NCBI GenBank assembly: GCA_036676495.1
Contig: JAKFCT010000091.1
Span: 34,897-98,896 of the forward strand
Direction of reading: 5' to 3'
DNA: 64,000 nucleotides
From: Candidatus Sericytochromatia bacterium
Lineage (GTDB): Bacteria; Cyanobacteriota; Sericytochromatia; S15B-MN24; UBA4093
This document shows positions 16,150 through 25,810 of the stretch, in pieces (positions within the stretch are counted from its first letter, which is position 1; the number at the start of each line of letters is the position of its first letter). The translations under genes and the position numbers were made by a program. The notes beneath the pieces were generated by a model. It did not search any database, was not told the DNA's origin, and worked only from the letters and a program-made list of their open reading frames with translations.

Positions 16150-17724
16150 CTAGAACCGCGGGGGGCCGTCCGCGGGGGGCGGGTAGCCCGGAGGCAGAGC
16201 GTCCTGCGCGCCGCCGGGCATTCCCGGCATGCCGGGGGCGCCGCCTTGAGGTCCGCCGGCACCCTGATTGAGGGTCGGCAGGTTGTCGACCGAGCTCGAG
16301 AACTTGGTCTGGACCTTGGGGGTCACCAGCAGGATGATCTCGTTCTTGAACTTCTGGGTGGTGGTGTGGCGGAAGAAGTTGCCGATCAGCGGGATGTCTC
16401 CCAGGATGGGGAGCTTCTTGACGATGTTGCTCTCGTCGACCCGGCTCAGGCCGCCGATGATGATGCTTTCGCCGTCCTTGACCCGCATGGTGGTCTCGAC
16501 CGAGCGCGAGTCGACGATGGGGACCCGGTTGCCGTTGACGGTGACGCCGCCGGATTCGGCGGAAATCTCGGGCGCCAGCTCCAGGGTCACGTAGCCCTGG
16601 GTGTCGACGCGCGGGGTGATGTCGAGGGTCTGGCCGACGTCCACGAAGGAGACCGAGGTCTGGGCGGGCCCGGTGGGCTGGACGGTGGTGGTCAGGACCG
16701 GGTGCTTGTTGACGATCTTGATGGTGGCCTTCTTGGAGTCCTGGGTGGTGACCTTGGGGTTGGCGATGACGGTGGCCAGGGAGTCCTCGATCATCGCCGA
16801 GAGGCGGGCGTTGAAGTTGGCGGTGTAGTTGCCCAGGGCGTGGAAGGTGATGGCGGTGGCATCGGTGCCGGGGTTGCCGGCCTGGTTGCCGGGGCCGCCG
16901 GCGGTGGCGTCGGGCGCGGCGTTGTTGAAGCTGGCGCCGAACTTGGAGCCGCCGAAGCCGTAGGACATGCCGAGCTGGCGCGAGCCGCGCTCGGAGACCT
17001 CGATCATCTTGACCTCGATCGAGACCTGGGGGGTCTGGATGTCAAGCAAGGCCTTGAGCTGCTTGGCCTGGTCGATGACCTCCTCGGAGCCGGTGACGAG
17101 GATGGCGTTGGTGCGCTTGTCCACGACGATCTGGGGGCCGCCGGCCTGGCCGCCCGGAGCGCCAGGAGCGCCGCCGGGGGCGGGAGCTCCGCCGGGAGCC
17201 GGGGCGCCGCCCGGGCCGCCCTGACCGCCCTGACCGCCGGTCAGCATCTGCTTGAGAATGGGCTCGACATCCTGGGCCTTGGCGTTGTCGAAGCGCAGCA
17301 AGGTCGTCGTGTTGCCACTGAAGCCCTTCGCGCGGAAGGACTCCTCGGAGGCGATCAAGAGGGTCTGGCCCATCTTGCGATAGGAGAGGTTCTTGAGCTT
17401 GAGGATGGTGTAGAGGGCCTCATCCAGCGGGATGGCCTTGAGGGAGATCCGGACGGTCCCCTTGACCGAGTCGTCGATGATGACCGAGAGACCGCCCTTC
17501 TTGGCCATGGTCTCGAGGATGGTGCGGACGTCGGTGTTGTCGAGATTGAGCGTGATGAGGGTCGGGTTGGTGAGGAGCTTGATCTTGCTGCTGGTGGTGG
17601 TTTGATCCGTGATCGGCATGTACGCGTCGGCGGAGGCGGCTTGGGCCAAGGCCGGGCCTGGGAGCGCTCCGACGAGCAGTCCCGTGGCCAGAAGCCCGGA
17701 CAGGGCTTGGGAAGGAAGACCCAT
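16150..17724 (-). CDS. pilQ: Type IV pilus secretin
   Basis: STN/N-domains (ITLNLDNTDVRTIL, VVDKRTNAILV), QVSIEVKMIEV, LDITPRV, KLPILGDIPLIGNFFR, EIILLVTP; last gene of pilMNOP run. Confidence 0.92.
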   Translation of the reverse strand: MGLPSQALSGLLATGLLVGALPGPALAQAASADAYMPITDQTTTSSKIKLLTNPTLITLNLDNTDVRTILETMAKKGGLSVIIDDSVKGTVRISLKAIPLDEALYTILKLKNLSYRKMGQTLLIASEESFRAKGFSGNTTTLLRFDNAKAQDVEPILKQMLTGGQGGQGGPGGAPAPGGAPAPGGAPGAPGGQAGGPQIVVDKRTNAILVTGSEEVIDQAKQLKALLDIQTPQVSIEVKMIEVSERGSRQLGMSYGFGGSKFGASFNNAAPDATAGGPGNQAGNPGTDATAITFHALGNYTANFNARLSAMIEDSLATVIANPKVTTQDSKKATIKIVNKHPVLTTTVQPTGPAQTSVSFVDVGQTLDITPRVDTQGYVTLELAPEISAESGGVTVNGNRVPIVDSRSVETTMRVKDGESIIIGGLSRVDESNIVKKLPILGDIPLIGNFFRHTTTQKFKNEIILLVTPKVQTKFSSSVDNLPTLNQGAGGPQGGAPGMPGMPGGAQDALPPGYPPPADGPPRF

Positions 17725-17725
17725 G

Positions 17726-18442
17726 TTATTCTCCGCCTCCGATCGTCTTGGCGTAGCGACGGCCCTGCTTCTGAAGCACGACCGAGCTGCTGTCGATCTT
17801 CACGACCTTGGAGCCGTCCTCGAGGACCTCGTTGAGCCGGGCCTCTCGGATGCTTCCCTCTCGTTCCAGGATGGCGACCGCGTCTCGCCCGGTGTTCAGG
17901 ATGCCGCTCACGCTCCAGGTGGGCACCTCGTAGGCCACGCCGCCGTCGTAGTAGACGTTGGGGGCCGGCAGCGAGAGGCCGGTGCCCGAGGAGCCCTTGC
18001 CCTTGCCAGGCATACTCGGGATCGCGGGAACCGATTCCAGCTCGGCGAGGGGGACGGACTCTGCCGGGAGCGGCACGATCAGGGTCGCGCTGGGGTTCAG
18101 CAGGGAGACGAAGGGGTCCTCGCGCCCCGAGTTCTCGCGTGCCTGCTTCAAGAGGTCGTTGCGCGTGGTGGCCCGGATCTGGTTGGGGTTGGTCTCGTGG
18201 GGCTCCGAGCCTCCGAACTCGACTCCCTGGGCGGTGGGCGCCGCCTGGGCGAGCTGCATCGGCTCGGCCTGGGCGAGCTGGTAGGGCTCCGCCGCGGCCG
18301 GCGGGACGGCGGCTGAGGTCGGCAGCGGGGCGGCGTTCACCGGCCGCTCCAGCGACAAGTGCTGGGCGTACAGCAGGCTGCCCAATCCCAGCGTGGTGAG
18401 CGCGGGGATGACCATCACTTGTTTGAAGCTGATCGTCTTCAT
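17726..18442 (-). CDS. PilP-like type IV pilus assembly protein
   Basis: Position between pilO and pilQ; GREDPF motif; C-terminal beta domain VSGIL...AIL...VVKID. Confidence 0.65.
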   Translation of the reverse strand: MKTISFKQVMVIPALTTLGLGSLLYAQHLSLERPVNAAPLPTSAAVPPAAAEPYQLAQAEPMQLAQAAPTAQGVEFGGSEPHETNPNQIRATTRNDLLKQARENSGREDPFVSLLNPSATLIVPLPAESVPLAELESVPAIPSMPGKGKGSSGTGLSLPAPNVYYDGGVAYEVPTWSVSGILNTGRDAVAILEREGSIREARLNEVLEDGSKVVKIDSSSVVLQKQGRRYAKTIGGGE

Positions 18443-18452
18443 CTCGACCTCA

Positions 18453-19043
18453 TTATTGATTGAGCGCGTAAGTATCCAGGGTAAACGTCACCGACAGCTC
18501 GTTGCCCAGCGAGCCCGATCCGGAGCCGCCGGGGGTCATCTTGGGGTTCGACACCGTGAGCACCCGTTCGTAGCGGCTGAGTAGATCGAACAAGAGGATC
18601 ATCGAGGGGTAGGACCCCTGGGCGGTGATCTCTACGCTCATCTTACCCAATTCTCGCAAGGATGCCTGTTCCAGGGGCTTGAACTCGGTCGGCCGGAAGG
18701 CGACGAGCGTGGTATTGGACTCCCGGAAGAGGCTCGACAGGTCGACCAAAAGGGTCGAGAGCATCTGGTTGCGGGGGGGGAAGCGGTTTCGGAGGGTGAC
18801 GAGGTTCCGCTCCACGGTGGCCTTCTTGGCCATGATCTGGGCTTCCGAGCCCACGAGGAGCTGCTTGTTTTGAAGCTGCTGCTCGCGCTCGGCGATCGCG
18901 TCGCGCTGGGTCGAGTACTCCTGGATCAGGGGCAGGGTGCTCGAGCTGAAGAGCAGGCCGCCGATGGCGACGCCCGCGACGATCACGATCTTCTGGAGCT
19001 GATCGGGGGTGATGGTGCGGCCGAAGAGCTGGATGTTCTCCAT
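18453..19043 (-). CDS. pilO: Type IV pilus assembly protein PilO
   Basis: TM plus coiled coil, FPPRNQMLSTLL, VEITAQGSYPSMILLFDLLSRYERVL; synteny. Confidence 0.85.
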   Translation of the reverse strand: MENIQLFGRTITPDQLQKIVIVAGVAIGGLLFSSSTLPLIQEYSTQRDAIAEREQQLQNKQLLVGSEAQIMAKKATVERNLVTLRNRFPPRNQMLSTLLVDLSSLFRESNTTLVAFRPTEFKPLEQASLRELGKMSVEITAQGSYPSMILLFDLLSRYERVLTVSNPKMTPGGSGSGSLGNELSVTFTLDTYALNQ

Positions 19044-19625
19044 TTACTTCGCTCCTCCCAACGGGTTGATGTCGCAGTCCACCTGGAACTGGATGACCGG
19101 CTGCGCGTCGATGACCGAGGAGCCGATCGCCCCCAGCACCGGGCGCGAGAAGCTGCGGGACTTCTGGAGGTTGGTGTAGAAGAAGGCCACGGCCCGGTAA
19201 TCGAGGGAGTATCCCGTCAGCGTCAGCCGGGTGTTGCCCTCGACGGTGAGGCCGGTGAACCACATGTCGGTGGGGGTGAGGTCGCGAAGCTCCTCGAACA
19301 TGTCCTTCCAGCGGCCGGACTCCTGGGTGAGCTGAAGCAGGACCCGGTAGTCGGACTCCAGGGCCTGGATTTCCTTCTGGGTGTTGGCGAGCCTGGTCGC
19401 CTTGTTGCCGCTCGCGCCGATTTCCTGGTCAAGCTGGGCCACCTGCTCGATGGCCGGGTTGATCATGAAGTTCTGGAGGACCATGTTGGCCACGTTGGGC
19501 ACGAGGAGGCCCAGCCCCAGCGAGAGGGCGGCGGTGATGAGGAGCTGGGGATCGATATCCAGGCCCGGGATCGCGAGTTTTTCGGAGCTGGATTCCCCCA
19601 GCAGGTTGATGGTGATCGTCTTCAT
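19044..19625 (-). CDS. pilN: Type IV pilus assembly protein PilN
   Basis: INLL N-terminus, TM, WKDMFEELRDLTPTDMWFT, LTLTG...VAFF..NLQKS..F. Confidence 0.9.
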   Translation of the reverse strand: MKTITINLLGESSSEKLAIPGLDIDPQLLITAALSLGLGLLVPNVANMVLQNFMINPAIEQVAQLDQEIGASGNKATRLANTQKEIQALESDYRVLLQLTQESGRWKDMFEELRDLTPTDMWFTGLTVEGNTRLTLTGYSLDYRAVAFFYTNLQKSRSFSRPVLGAIGSSVIDAQPVIQFQVDCDINPLGGAK

Positions 19626-20734
19626 ACGCCCTGCACGCCGCGAATGGCAAGCCCGATGGCGGTGGCCAGGGTGGGGGCCTGCGGGTAGAGGAGGTCGGGG
19701 TCGAAGGCTTCCTCATCGACGTCGAGCTTCTCGAAGGGGTTGGCCAGCTCCACGGTCATGCCCAGGCGGGTGGTGAGGAACTGCTCGAGGTGGGTGAGGT
19801 TGCCGCCGCGCCCGGAGACGATCACCCGGTCGATGGCTTCCGAGCCCTGGGAGAGGTAGAAGTCGAGCGATCGCCCGATCTCGCCGGTGAGCTCGGCCAG
19901 GGCCGGCCGGATGATCTCGGTGGCCTGCTCCACCTGGGGGCTGCCGGGCGAGTAGTTCTGGGGATCGACGTCAATCTCGTCGAGGACCGAGCGGGCGGTC
20001 TCCTCGTCGAGGCCGAGGCTGTTGATGATCGAGTCCAGGAAGTAGGAGAAGCCGATGGGGATGGAGCGCGAGAAGCGGGGCACCCCGGAGACCATGATGT
20101 TGATGTCGGTGGTCCAGCCCTGGATGTGCACCAGGGCCACGGTCTGCTCGTCTTGAAGCTGCTCGGTGTCCGCGAGGGCCCGCAGGACCGCGAAGGAGGC
20201 CACGTCCACGCAGGCCAGCTTCAGGCCCGCCTCCTCGGCCACCTGGATGTAGGAGTTGATGAGCGCCTTCTGGGCGGCCACCAGGATCACCTCGATCTTG
20301 GGGGCTCCGTCCTCCTCGACCTCGTTGACGGCCTGGAAGGAGATGTTGACGTCGTCGATGGAGAAGGGGATGTAGCGCTCGGCCTCGTACTGGATGACCT
20401 CTCCGAGTTCGGACTCGGGCATGTGGGGGAAGCGCACGGGGCGGACGATGGTGGACTGACCGGCCACGGCGCAGAGGGCATGGGTGGCCTGGATGTCGTT
20501 CTCGTCGAGCAGGGCCCGGACGACCTCGGCGACGGCCGACGGATCGAGGATCTCGCCGTCCTGCACCGCGTTGATCGGGGTGTTGGCCACGGCGATGTTG
20601 GAGAGCGCCATGCCCTTGCGGGTCTTGGTGATCTCCACCACGACGATGGTGTCGGAGGTGATGTCCAGCCCAATGCGGGAGCCCTTCTTGCCGAACTGCC
20701 CCTTGATTTGGTCCAGGATTGCGTTCAGATCCAT
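19622..20734 (-). CDS. pilM: Type IV pilus assembly ATPase-like protein PilM
   Basis: IGLDI, EAERYIPF, VILVAA, EIGRSLDFY, VSGRGG, VELANPF, AIGLAIRG. Confidence 0.93.
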   Translation of the reverse strand: MDLNAILDQIKGQFGKKGSRIGLDITSDTIVVVEITKTRKGMALSNIAVANTPINAVQDGEILDPSAVAEVVRALLDENDIQATHALCAVAGQSTIVRPVRFPHMPESELGEVIQYEAERYIPFSIDDVNISFQAVNEVEEDGAPKIEVILVAAQKALINSYIQVAEEAGLKLACVDVASFAVLRALADTEQLQDEQTVALVHIQGWTTDINIMVSGVPRFSRSIPIGFSYFLDSIINSLGLDEETARSVLDEIDVDPQNYSPGSPQVEQATEIIRPALAELTGEIGRSLDFYLSQGSEAIDRVIVSGRGGNLTHLEQFLTTRLGMTVELANPFEKLDVDEEAFDPDLLYPQAPTLATAIGLAIRGVQGV

Positions 20735-20738
20735 CGTC

Positions 20739-21545
20739 TCACCCCAACAGGAAGCCCATGTACCAGCGCCAGATCGACTCTCCTGCGAACAGGCCCGCGA
20801 AGGTGCCGATCACCAGCGCGGGGCCGAAGGGAAAGGGTTCGCTCTTGCCCGAGCGCGCCTTGAGGGCGAGGCCGACGACCGATCCGAGCAAGAAAGCCGC
20901 GAAGAGCGCCACGACGAGCCGCTCGGGCCCCAGCCATGCGCCCATCACCGCGGCGAGCTTGGCGTCGCCCATCCCCATGCCGTCCTCGTGCTCCGAGTGG
21001 ATCGCCTTGAGGTAAAGCCTGGAGCCCTCGGAGATCAGCCAGAAGAGCCCGTAACCCGCCGCCGCGGCGGCCAGGGTCGGGATCCATCGCCCTTCGATCA
21101 GCCCCCCGTACAGGATGCCCAGGACGATGCCCGGGTAGGTGGTCACGTTGAGGATGTACATCGTGTCGAGGTCGATCCAGAAGATGGCGATGAGCAGGGA
21201 GGCCAGGGCCGCGAGCGCCACGAATTGCAGGGTGGGGCCGAACGCCGCCAGCAGGGCGCCGTAGAGGCAAGCATTGAGCGCTTCCACCAGGGGGTAGCGC
21301 CAGGAGATGGGCTCCTTGCAACTCCGGCAGCGGCCCTTCAACAAGGCGAAGCTCAGCAAGGGGATGTTTTCCTTCCAGGTGAGCGCCGTGTTGCAGTGGG
21401 GGCAATGCGAGCCCGGCCAAACGATCGATTCCTCACGAGGCAGGCGGTGGATCACGACGTTGAGGAAGCTGCCGATGAGGGCCCCGTAGGTGAGGACCGC
21501 GATCCAAACCAGGGGGGTCGGGATGAAGATATCCAAGATCGTCAT
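20739..21545 (-). CDS. pilD: Prepilin peptidase / N-methyltransferase
   Basis: GSFLNVVIHRLP, SHCPHC, ENIPLLSF..LKGRCRSC, RYPLVE, GMGMGDAKL, PFGP. Confidence 0.95.
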   Translation of the reverse strand: MTILDIFIPTPLVWIAVLTYGALIGSFLNVVIHRLPREESIVWPGSHCPHCNTALTWKENIPLLSFALLKGRCRSCKEPISWRYPLVEALNACLYGALLAAFGPTLQFVALAALASLLIAIFWIDLDTMYILNVTTYPGIVLGILYGGLIEGRWIPTLAAAAAGYGLFWLISEGSRLYLKAIHSEHEDGMGMGDAKLAAVMGAWLGPERLVVALFAAFLLGSVVGLALKARSGKSEPFPFGPALVIGTFAGLFAGESIWRWYMGFLLG

Positions 21546-21653
21546 CGCACGTCGACTTTCCTCGTCAAAGAGCCCAATTCAAACCCCCCCGCGTGCCGCA
21601 GCCATGCGGATTCCAGGCCTGCCAGACCGATTGTACCCACCCCGGATGCCGCT

Positions 21654-21827
21654 TTATCGCCTAACGGCCGGAAAGTCCGTCACTGAACGGTCTAGCGACC
21701 TATTAGGGGACTTATCGCCTGACGGCCGGAAAGTCCTTTTCCGAACGGTCTAGCGACCTATTAGGGGACTTATCGCCTGACGGCCGGAAAGTCCTTTTCC
21801 GAACGGTCTAGTGATCGGTTAGGGGAC
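21654..21827 (-). repeat. Three tandem 58-bp repeats upstream of pilD, each ending in GGCGATAA on the minus strand (triplicated promoter-like unit)
   Basis: Plus-strand unit TTATCGCCTGACGGCCGGAAAGTCCTTTTCCGAACGGTCTAGCGACCTATTAGGGGAC starting at 21654, 21712 and 21770, with a few substitutions. Confidence 0.92.
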
Positions 21828-21945
21828 TTACCTCCCAGGCGTGCGGTTTCCCTATTCTAGCGTAACGAAGTCCAAGCATGTGGGCGGTGAGGATCAACAC
21901 AACCGTCAGCGCTGGAGGCTCGGGGGTAAGCGCCTGCGGCGGGAG

Positions 21946-22644
21946 TCAAGGAGTCACACCGAGCTTCTTCAGGGCGCGTTCGGCGATCGCCCGGCTCTGC
22001 GCGTCCTTGCTGCCTTGATGGATGGCCTTCCAGGTCTGGATCGCCAGCGCATCCTTGTTGTCCTTCTGGTACATGCGGGCGGCGAAGCGCAGGGTCCCCG
22101 GGGGGGCGCCGGGAAGCTCCGCGGCGCGCTCGAAGTGGCGGGCGGCCTCCATGTAGCGCTTGCCGTAGAGGAACTCCAGGACGCCCAGCTGGTAGGGGTA
22201 GCGGTAGTCCGTGGGGTGGCGCTCCATGCCGCTTGCGATCAGCTTGAGGGCCTCGTCCAGGCGTTCTCCGTCGGCGAGCGCCCAGGAGCCGAAGAGGGCG
22301 GCGTCGTGGAACTGGGGATCCAGCCCGGTGATCAGCGCGAGGGTGGGGTAGGCATGACGGTAGTCGCGCTGGGAGGAATCGGGGATGGCGAGGTTCTCGC
22401 CGTTCATCTGGAGGAAGAGCAGCCAGTAGGAGTCGGCAATCAGGTTCTCGAAGTCGGTGGCCAGGGGTGCGACGGCTTCGAGGGGCGGGACCACGTAGCG
22501 CGTGCGGTCTTCCTGGCGCAGTATGTCTTGCTGCTGGAGGGCGACGAGGGAGGCTCCCCAGAGGAGCGCTCCCAGGGCGAGGCCTCCGAGCATGCGGCGC
22601 ATGCCCCGCAGCCGGGAGGGAGTCGCCTGCTTCCCGCCGAGCAT
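21946..22644 (-). CDS. Membrane-anchored TPR-like protein (PilG/XapA-like accessory of pilus-associated ABC transporter)
   Basis: TM, NLIADSYWL, ITGLDPQF, YRYPYQLG..EF, TPR-like helices; between ABC genes and pilD. Confidence 0.6.
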   Translation of the reverse strand: MLGGKQATPSRLRGMRRMLGGLALGALLWGASLVALQQQDILRQEDRTRYVVPPLEAVAPLATDFENLIADSYWLLFLQMNGENLAIPDSSQRDYRHAYPTLALITGLDPQFHDAALFGSWALADGERLDEALKLIASGMERHPTDYRYPYQLGVLEFLYGKRYMEAARHFERAAELPGAPPGTLRFAARMYQKDNKDALAIQTWKAIHQGSKDAQSRAIAERALKKLGVTP

Positions 22645-22647
22645 GGC

Positions 22648-23409
22648 CTAGAACTCCCGGCGTTCGAAGATCGCGCCCGCGGTGGCGAGGAGGGCCGCGG
22701 CGTAGAGGCCTCCGTAGGCGATCGCCCAGAGCCATTGCCCGGGGGCGACCGCGGCGCCGTAGACCACGGCGTTCTTGACGTCGAAGGTCGAGAGGTTCGG
22801 CAAGGCGTAGTAGAGCGCATCGGCCACCATGCGGGTCGCCGGCCCCGCCTTCTGGCTCAGGAGGTGGAGGTTCTCGGAGTTGTGGCCGATCACGTAGAGG
22901 CAGAAGGTCAGCAGCATGCTGAGCACGGGGCTGGTGAAGGTGGAGAAGAACAGGCTCAAGGCCACCAGCACGGCCAGTTGCATGCCGATCATGCCGAGGG
23001 CGCCCAGGATCCCCGGGGGCAGGCTGCCGGCCTTCCATAGCACCAAGGCCATGAACGCGCTTCCCATCAAGAGCAGCAGGATCCCCAGGGTCGCGGAGAG
23101 GCCCAGGAACTTGCCGACGAGGAATTGCCAGCGGCTGACGGGCTTGGTGAGGACGATGAAGACGGTCCGCTTGTCGAGCTCCTTGTGCAGCAGGGAGGTG
23201 CCGACGAAGATGGCGATCGCCACCCCGAAGAGCTCGATGGAGGCGAGGCCGACGTCGAGCAGGATCTTGAAGTCCTGCCCGATGGTCAGGGTTCCCAGGA
23301 AGAGGGTGCTCGCGATCATGCCGAGCGCGAAGACCAGGATGGCGTAGAGGATCCGATCCCGGATGGTCTCGCGGAAGGTGTTCAGGGCGAGGCCGAGGAT
23401 CCGGTTCAT
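22648..23409 (-). CDS. ABC-2 type permease (PilI-like)
   Basis: ALNTFRETIRDRILY, KELDKRT...LTKPVSRWQFLVGKFLG, LPNL, FERREF; multiple TMs. Confidence 0.85.
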   Translation of the reverse strand: MNRILGLALNTFRETIRDRILYAILVFALGMIASTLFLGTLTIGQDFKILLDVGLASIELFGVAIAIFVGTSLLHKELDKRTVFIVLTKPVSRWQFLVGKFLGLSATLGILLLLMGSAFMALVLWKAGSLPPGILGALGMIGMQLAVLVALSLFFSTFTSPVLSMLLTFCLYVIGHNSENLHLLSQKAGPATRMVADALYYALPNLSTFDVKNAVVYGAAVAPGQWLWAIAYGGLYAAALLATAGAIFERREF

Positions 23410-24194
23410 TTGTGGCTGGGCTCCACGACGCGGACGAAGAGGTCTTCCAGCGACTCATGCTGGGTGAGTTCCGAGACCGAGCCGTAGCTCACGAGCTTCC
23501 CGTTGCAGAGGATCCCGATCCGGTCGCAGATCAGCTCGACGTCCGAGAGGATGTGCGTGTTGAAGAAGAGCGTCTTGCCCTCCTGCTTGAGCGAGAGGAT
23601 CAGATCGCGAAGCTGCTTGCGCCCGACCGGATCCAGGCCGCTCATCGGCTCGTCGAGGAAGACCAGCTCCGGGTCGTTCACCAGGGCCTGGGCCACCCCG
23701 ATCCGCTGGAGCATGCCCTTGGAGTACTTGCGAAGCTGGGTGTCGGCGGCATGCGTCATGCTGAGCCGTTCGAGGAGGTCCTTCACGCGGGCTTCGAGCG
23801 TGGCCTTGGGGATCTGGAAGAGGCCTCCGCAGAAGTGAAGGAACTCCCTTCCGGTCAGGTAGGTGTAGAAGTAAGGGTTCTCGGGCAGGTAGCCGACGCG
23901 CTCGCGCACGGAGGTCTGATCCGGAGTGGCGCCGAGCACCGAGACCGTGCCTGAGCTGGGGCGCATCAGGCCGAGCACGATCTTCTGAAGGGTGGTCTTG
24001 CCGGCGCCGTTGGGGCCCAGGAGGCCGAAGGTCTCTCCCGGGTAGACGCTGAGGCTGACCCCGTCGAGGCCGACCTTGCGGGGCTGGCCCAGCTGCGCGG
24101 GGAAGATCTTGGTCAGGTTCTCAATCCGGACGCAGGGCGTCTCGGCGCTTTGCGTCACGGTGCTTTGCGGCTTTTCGTTCGGAGTCGTCGCCAT
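23406..24194 (-). CDS. ABC transporter ATP-binding protein (PilH-like)
   Basis: Walker A GPNGAGKTT, GYLPENPYFY, YSKGMLQR signature, LDEPMSGLDP; ATG 24194 after GAGG. Confidence 0.92.
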   Translation of the reverse strand: MATTPNEKPQSTVTQSAETPCVRIENLTKIFPAQLGQPRKVGLDGVSLSVYPGETFGLLGPNGAGKTTLQKIVLGLMRPSSGTVSVLGATPDQTSVRERVGYLPENPYFYTYLTGREFLHFCGGLFQIPKATLEARVKDLLERLSMTHAADTQLRKYSKGMLQRIGVAQALVNDPELVFLDEPMSGLDPVGRKQLRDLILSLKQEGKTLFFNTHILSDVELICDRIGILCNGKLVSYGSVSELTQHESLEDLFVRVVEPSHK

Positions 24195-24430
24195 GGCCTC
24201 TCTTCGCATTCTTGCTCTCCGGCGCCCGCGGTGCGCAAGGGCCCTCGCGCTTCGCGGGCAGAGAAGGGCGCAGGCAAATGATAACAACCCGCTCGCCCGT
24301 TGCCAAGGGTCGCTCGTCTGGGGCGGCGCTGGTCGGCTCCGGACGTCACGGGGGCGCGTCGGTTGCTTCGAATGATGTGCTGCGGTATGATAGGTTGCTA
24401 TTTCAGTGTCTCCGCGAAAGGGGGCCGGCC

Positions 24431-25810
24431 TTGCAACCTTCCACGCCTGAGCTTGCCCATGTCCCGGCCCTTCTGGAGCCGGGGCAAGTCCTGGCGCGGT
24501 CGTTGCTGGATCCGGCCCGGGGCCATGCGCTGCTCGCCGCGGGCTCGGTCCTGACCCCGGTGATCATCGACAAGATCCTGAGGCTCGGCCTGGCCGACGA
24601 GACGCTGCGATGCCTGGGATCCGCCGTCCAAGGGGGGCCTGCGAAGGCGCCTCCGCCCGTGCGCCGGGAGGCCGAGGTCCTCGAGGCCTCGCTCTACGAA
24701 GGGATCGATCATCTCTTCGGTACGCCCGCCTTCCGGGACGAGCCTTTCCAGCAGGCCTGGAATCTGGTCAGGGGGTTGATTCCGCGGATCCAGGAGTCGA
24801 TGCCCGTGCATCGCCGGGATTTCCGCATCCAGGGCGGCGGGATCGCCGTCCACCCGATCAACGTCATGCTCCTGGCCTTGCAGCTCGGCGCCGCCATGCG
24901 CTTGCCGCAAGCCGAATTGCTCAGCCTCGCCCAGGCCTCCTTGCTGCATGACATCGGGAAGCGGCGGCTCGGCAAGGAGCGCTTCAAGAGCTCGGCGATC
25001 AACTCCTACGAGCGCCGGATGCTGGAGCGGCATGTCGAGTACGGCCTGGACCTCTTGGACCGCTACCGGGATCAGTTTCCTCCGCTGAGTGCCTCGGCGC
25101 GCGACGGCATCCACGCGCACCATGAGCGCTGGGACGGCACGGGCTACCCGCGGGGCCTCAAAGGGGAGCGGATCCCGCTGCTGGGCCGGATCATCGCGAT
25201 CGCCGACTCCTACGACGCCATGCTCTCCGATCAGGTTTACCGCAGGCGGCTCTTGCCGGAGGAGGCCTACCGGGAGATCCTGGCCCAATCGGGGAAAGCC
25301 TACGATCCGGCGATCGCCCAGATCTTCAAGCGCGTGATCGCTCCTTACCCCATGAACTCCCTGATCCGGCTCGACACGGGAGACGTCGCGCGGGTGATCG
25401 CCCTGGGCGAGGATCATTGCCGCCCGATCGTGCGCATGCCGGGCGTGATGGATCCGGTCGACCTCGCCGGCCCCCGCACGCCGCGCATCATCCGGGCGCT
25501 CTACCCGCGCCGTTTCCCCCGCTTCCCCAGGGTTTCCCCCGTCGCCCTCCGCGTGCCCCACGAGCACGGCGCCTTCTCGGGCTGCACGCTCAACCTGAGC
25601 CTGGGGGGAGCGTGCGTGGCCCTGGATGCGAGCCTCGATCCCGGGACCATGCTCACCATGGTGCTGAGCATGCCGGGCGCCCCGCGCCTGGAGCTTCCGG
25701 GGATGGTGGTCTGGACCGCGAAGGCCCGCAGCAAGACCTGCCTCGGCCTGAGCTTCCACCCCATGCCGGAGGCGGCCCGGGAGTGGATGAGCGCCTTCTG
25801 CCGCGCCTGA
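24431..25810 (+). CDS. HD-GYP phosphodiesterase with C-terminal PilZ domain
   Basis: LLHDIGK, HHERWDGTGYPRGL, RIIAIADSYDAM; PilZ RRFPR and NLSLGGA. Start uncertain (TTG 24431 after GAAAGGGG). Confidence 0.85.
   Translation: MQPSTPELAHVPALLEPGQVLARSLLDPARGHALLAAGSVLTPVIIDKILRLGLADETLRCLGSAVQGGPAKAPPPVRREAEVLEASLYEGIDHLFGTPAFRDEPFQQAWNLVRGLIPRIQESMPVHRRDFRIQGGGIAVHPINVMLLALQLGAAMRLPQAELLSLAQASLLHDIGKRRLGKERFKSSAINSYERRMLERHVEYGLDLLDRYRDQFPPLSASARDGIHAHHERWDGTGYPRGLKGERIPLLGRIIAIADSYDAMLSDQVYRRRLLPEEAYREILAQSGKAYDPAIAQIFKRVIAPYPMNSLIRLDTGDVARVIALGEDHCRPIVRMPGVMDPVDLAGPRTPRIIRALYPRRFPRFPRVSPVALRVPHEHGAFSGCTLNLSLGGACVALDASLDPGTMLTMVLSMPGAPRLELPGMVVWTAKARSKTCLGLSFHPMPEAAREWMSAFCRA

Noticed and set aside
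21654-21827. CRISPR array
   Set aside because: Units are near-identical over their whole 58 bp with no unique spacers, and no cas genes are in the window.
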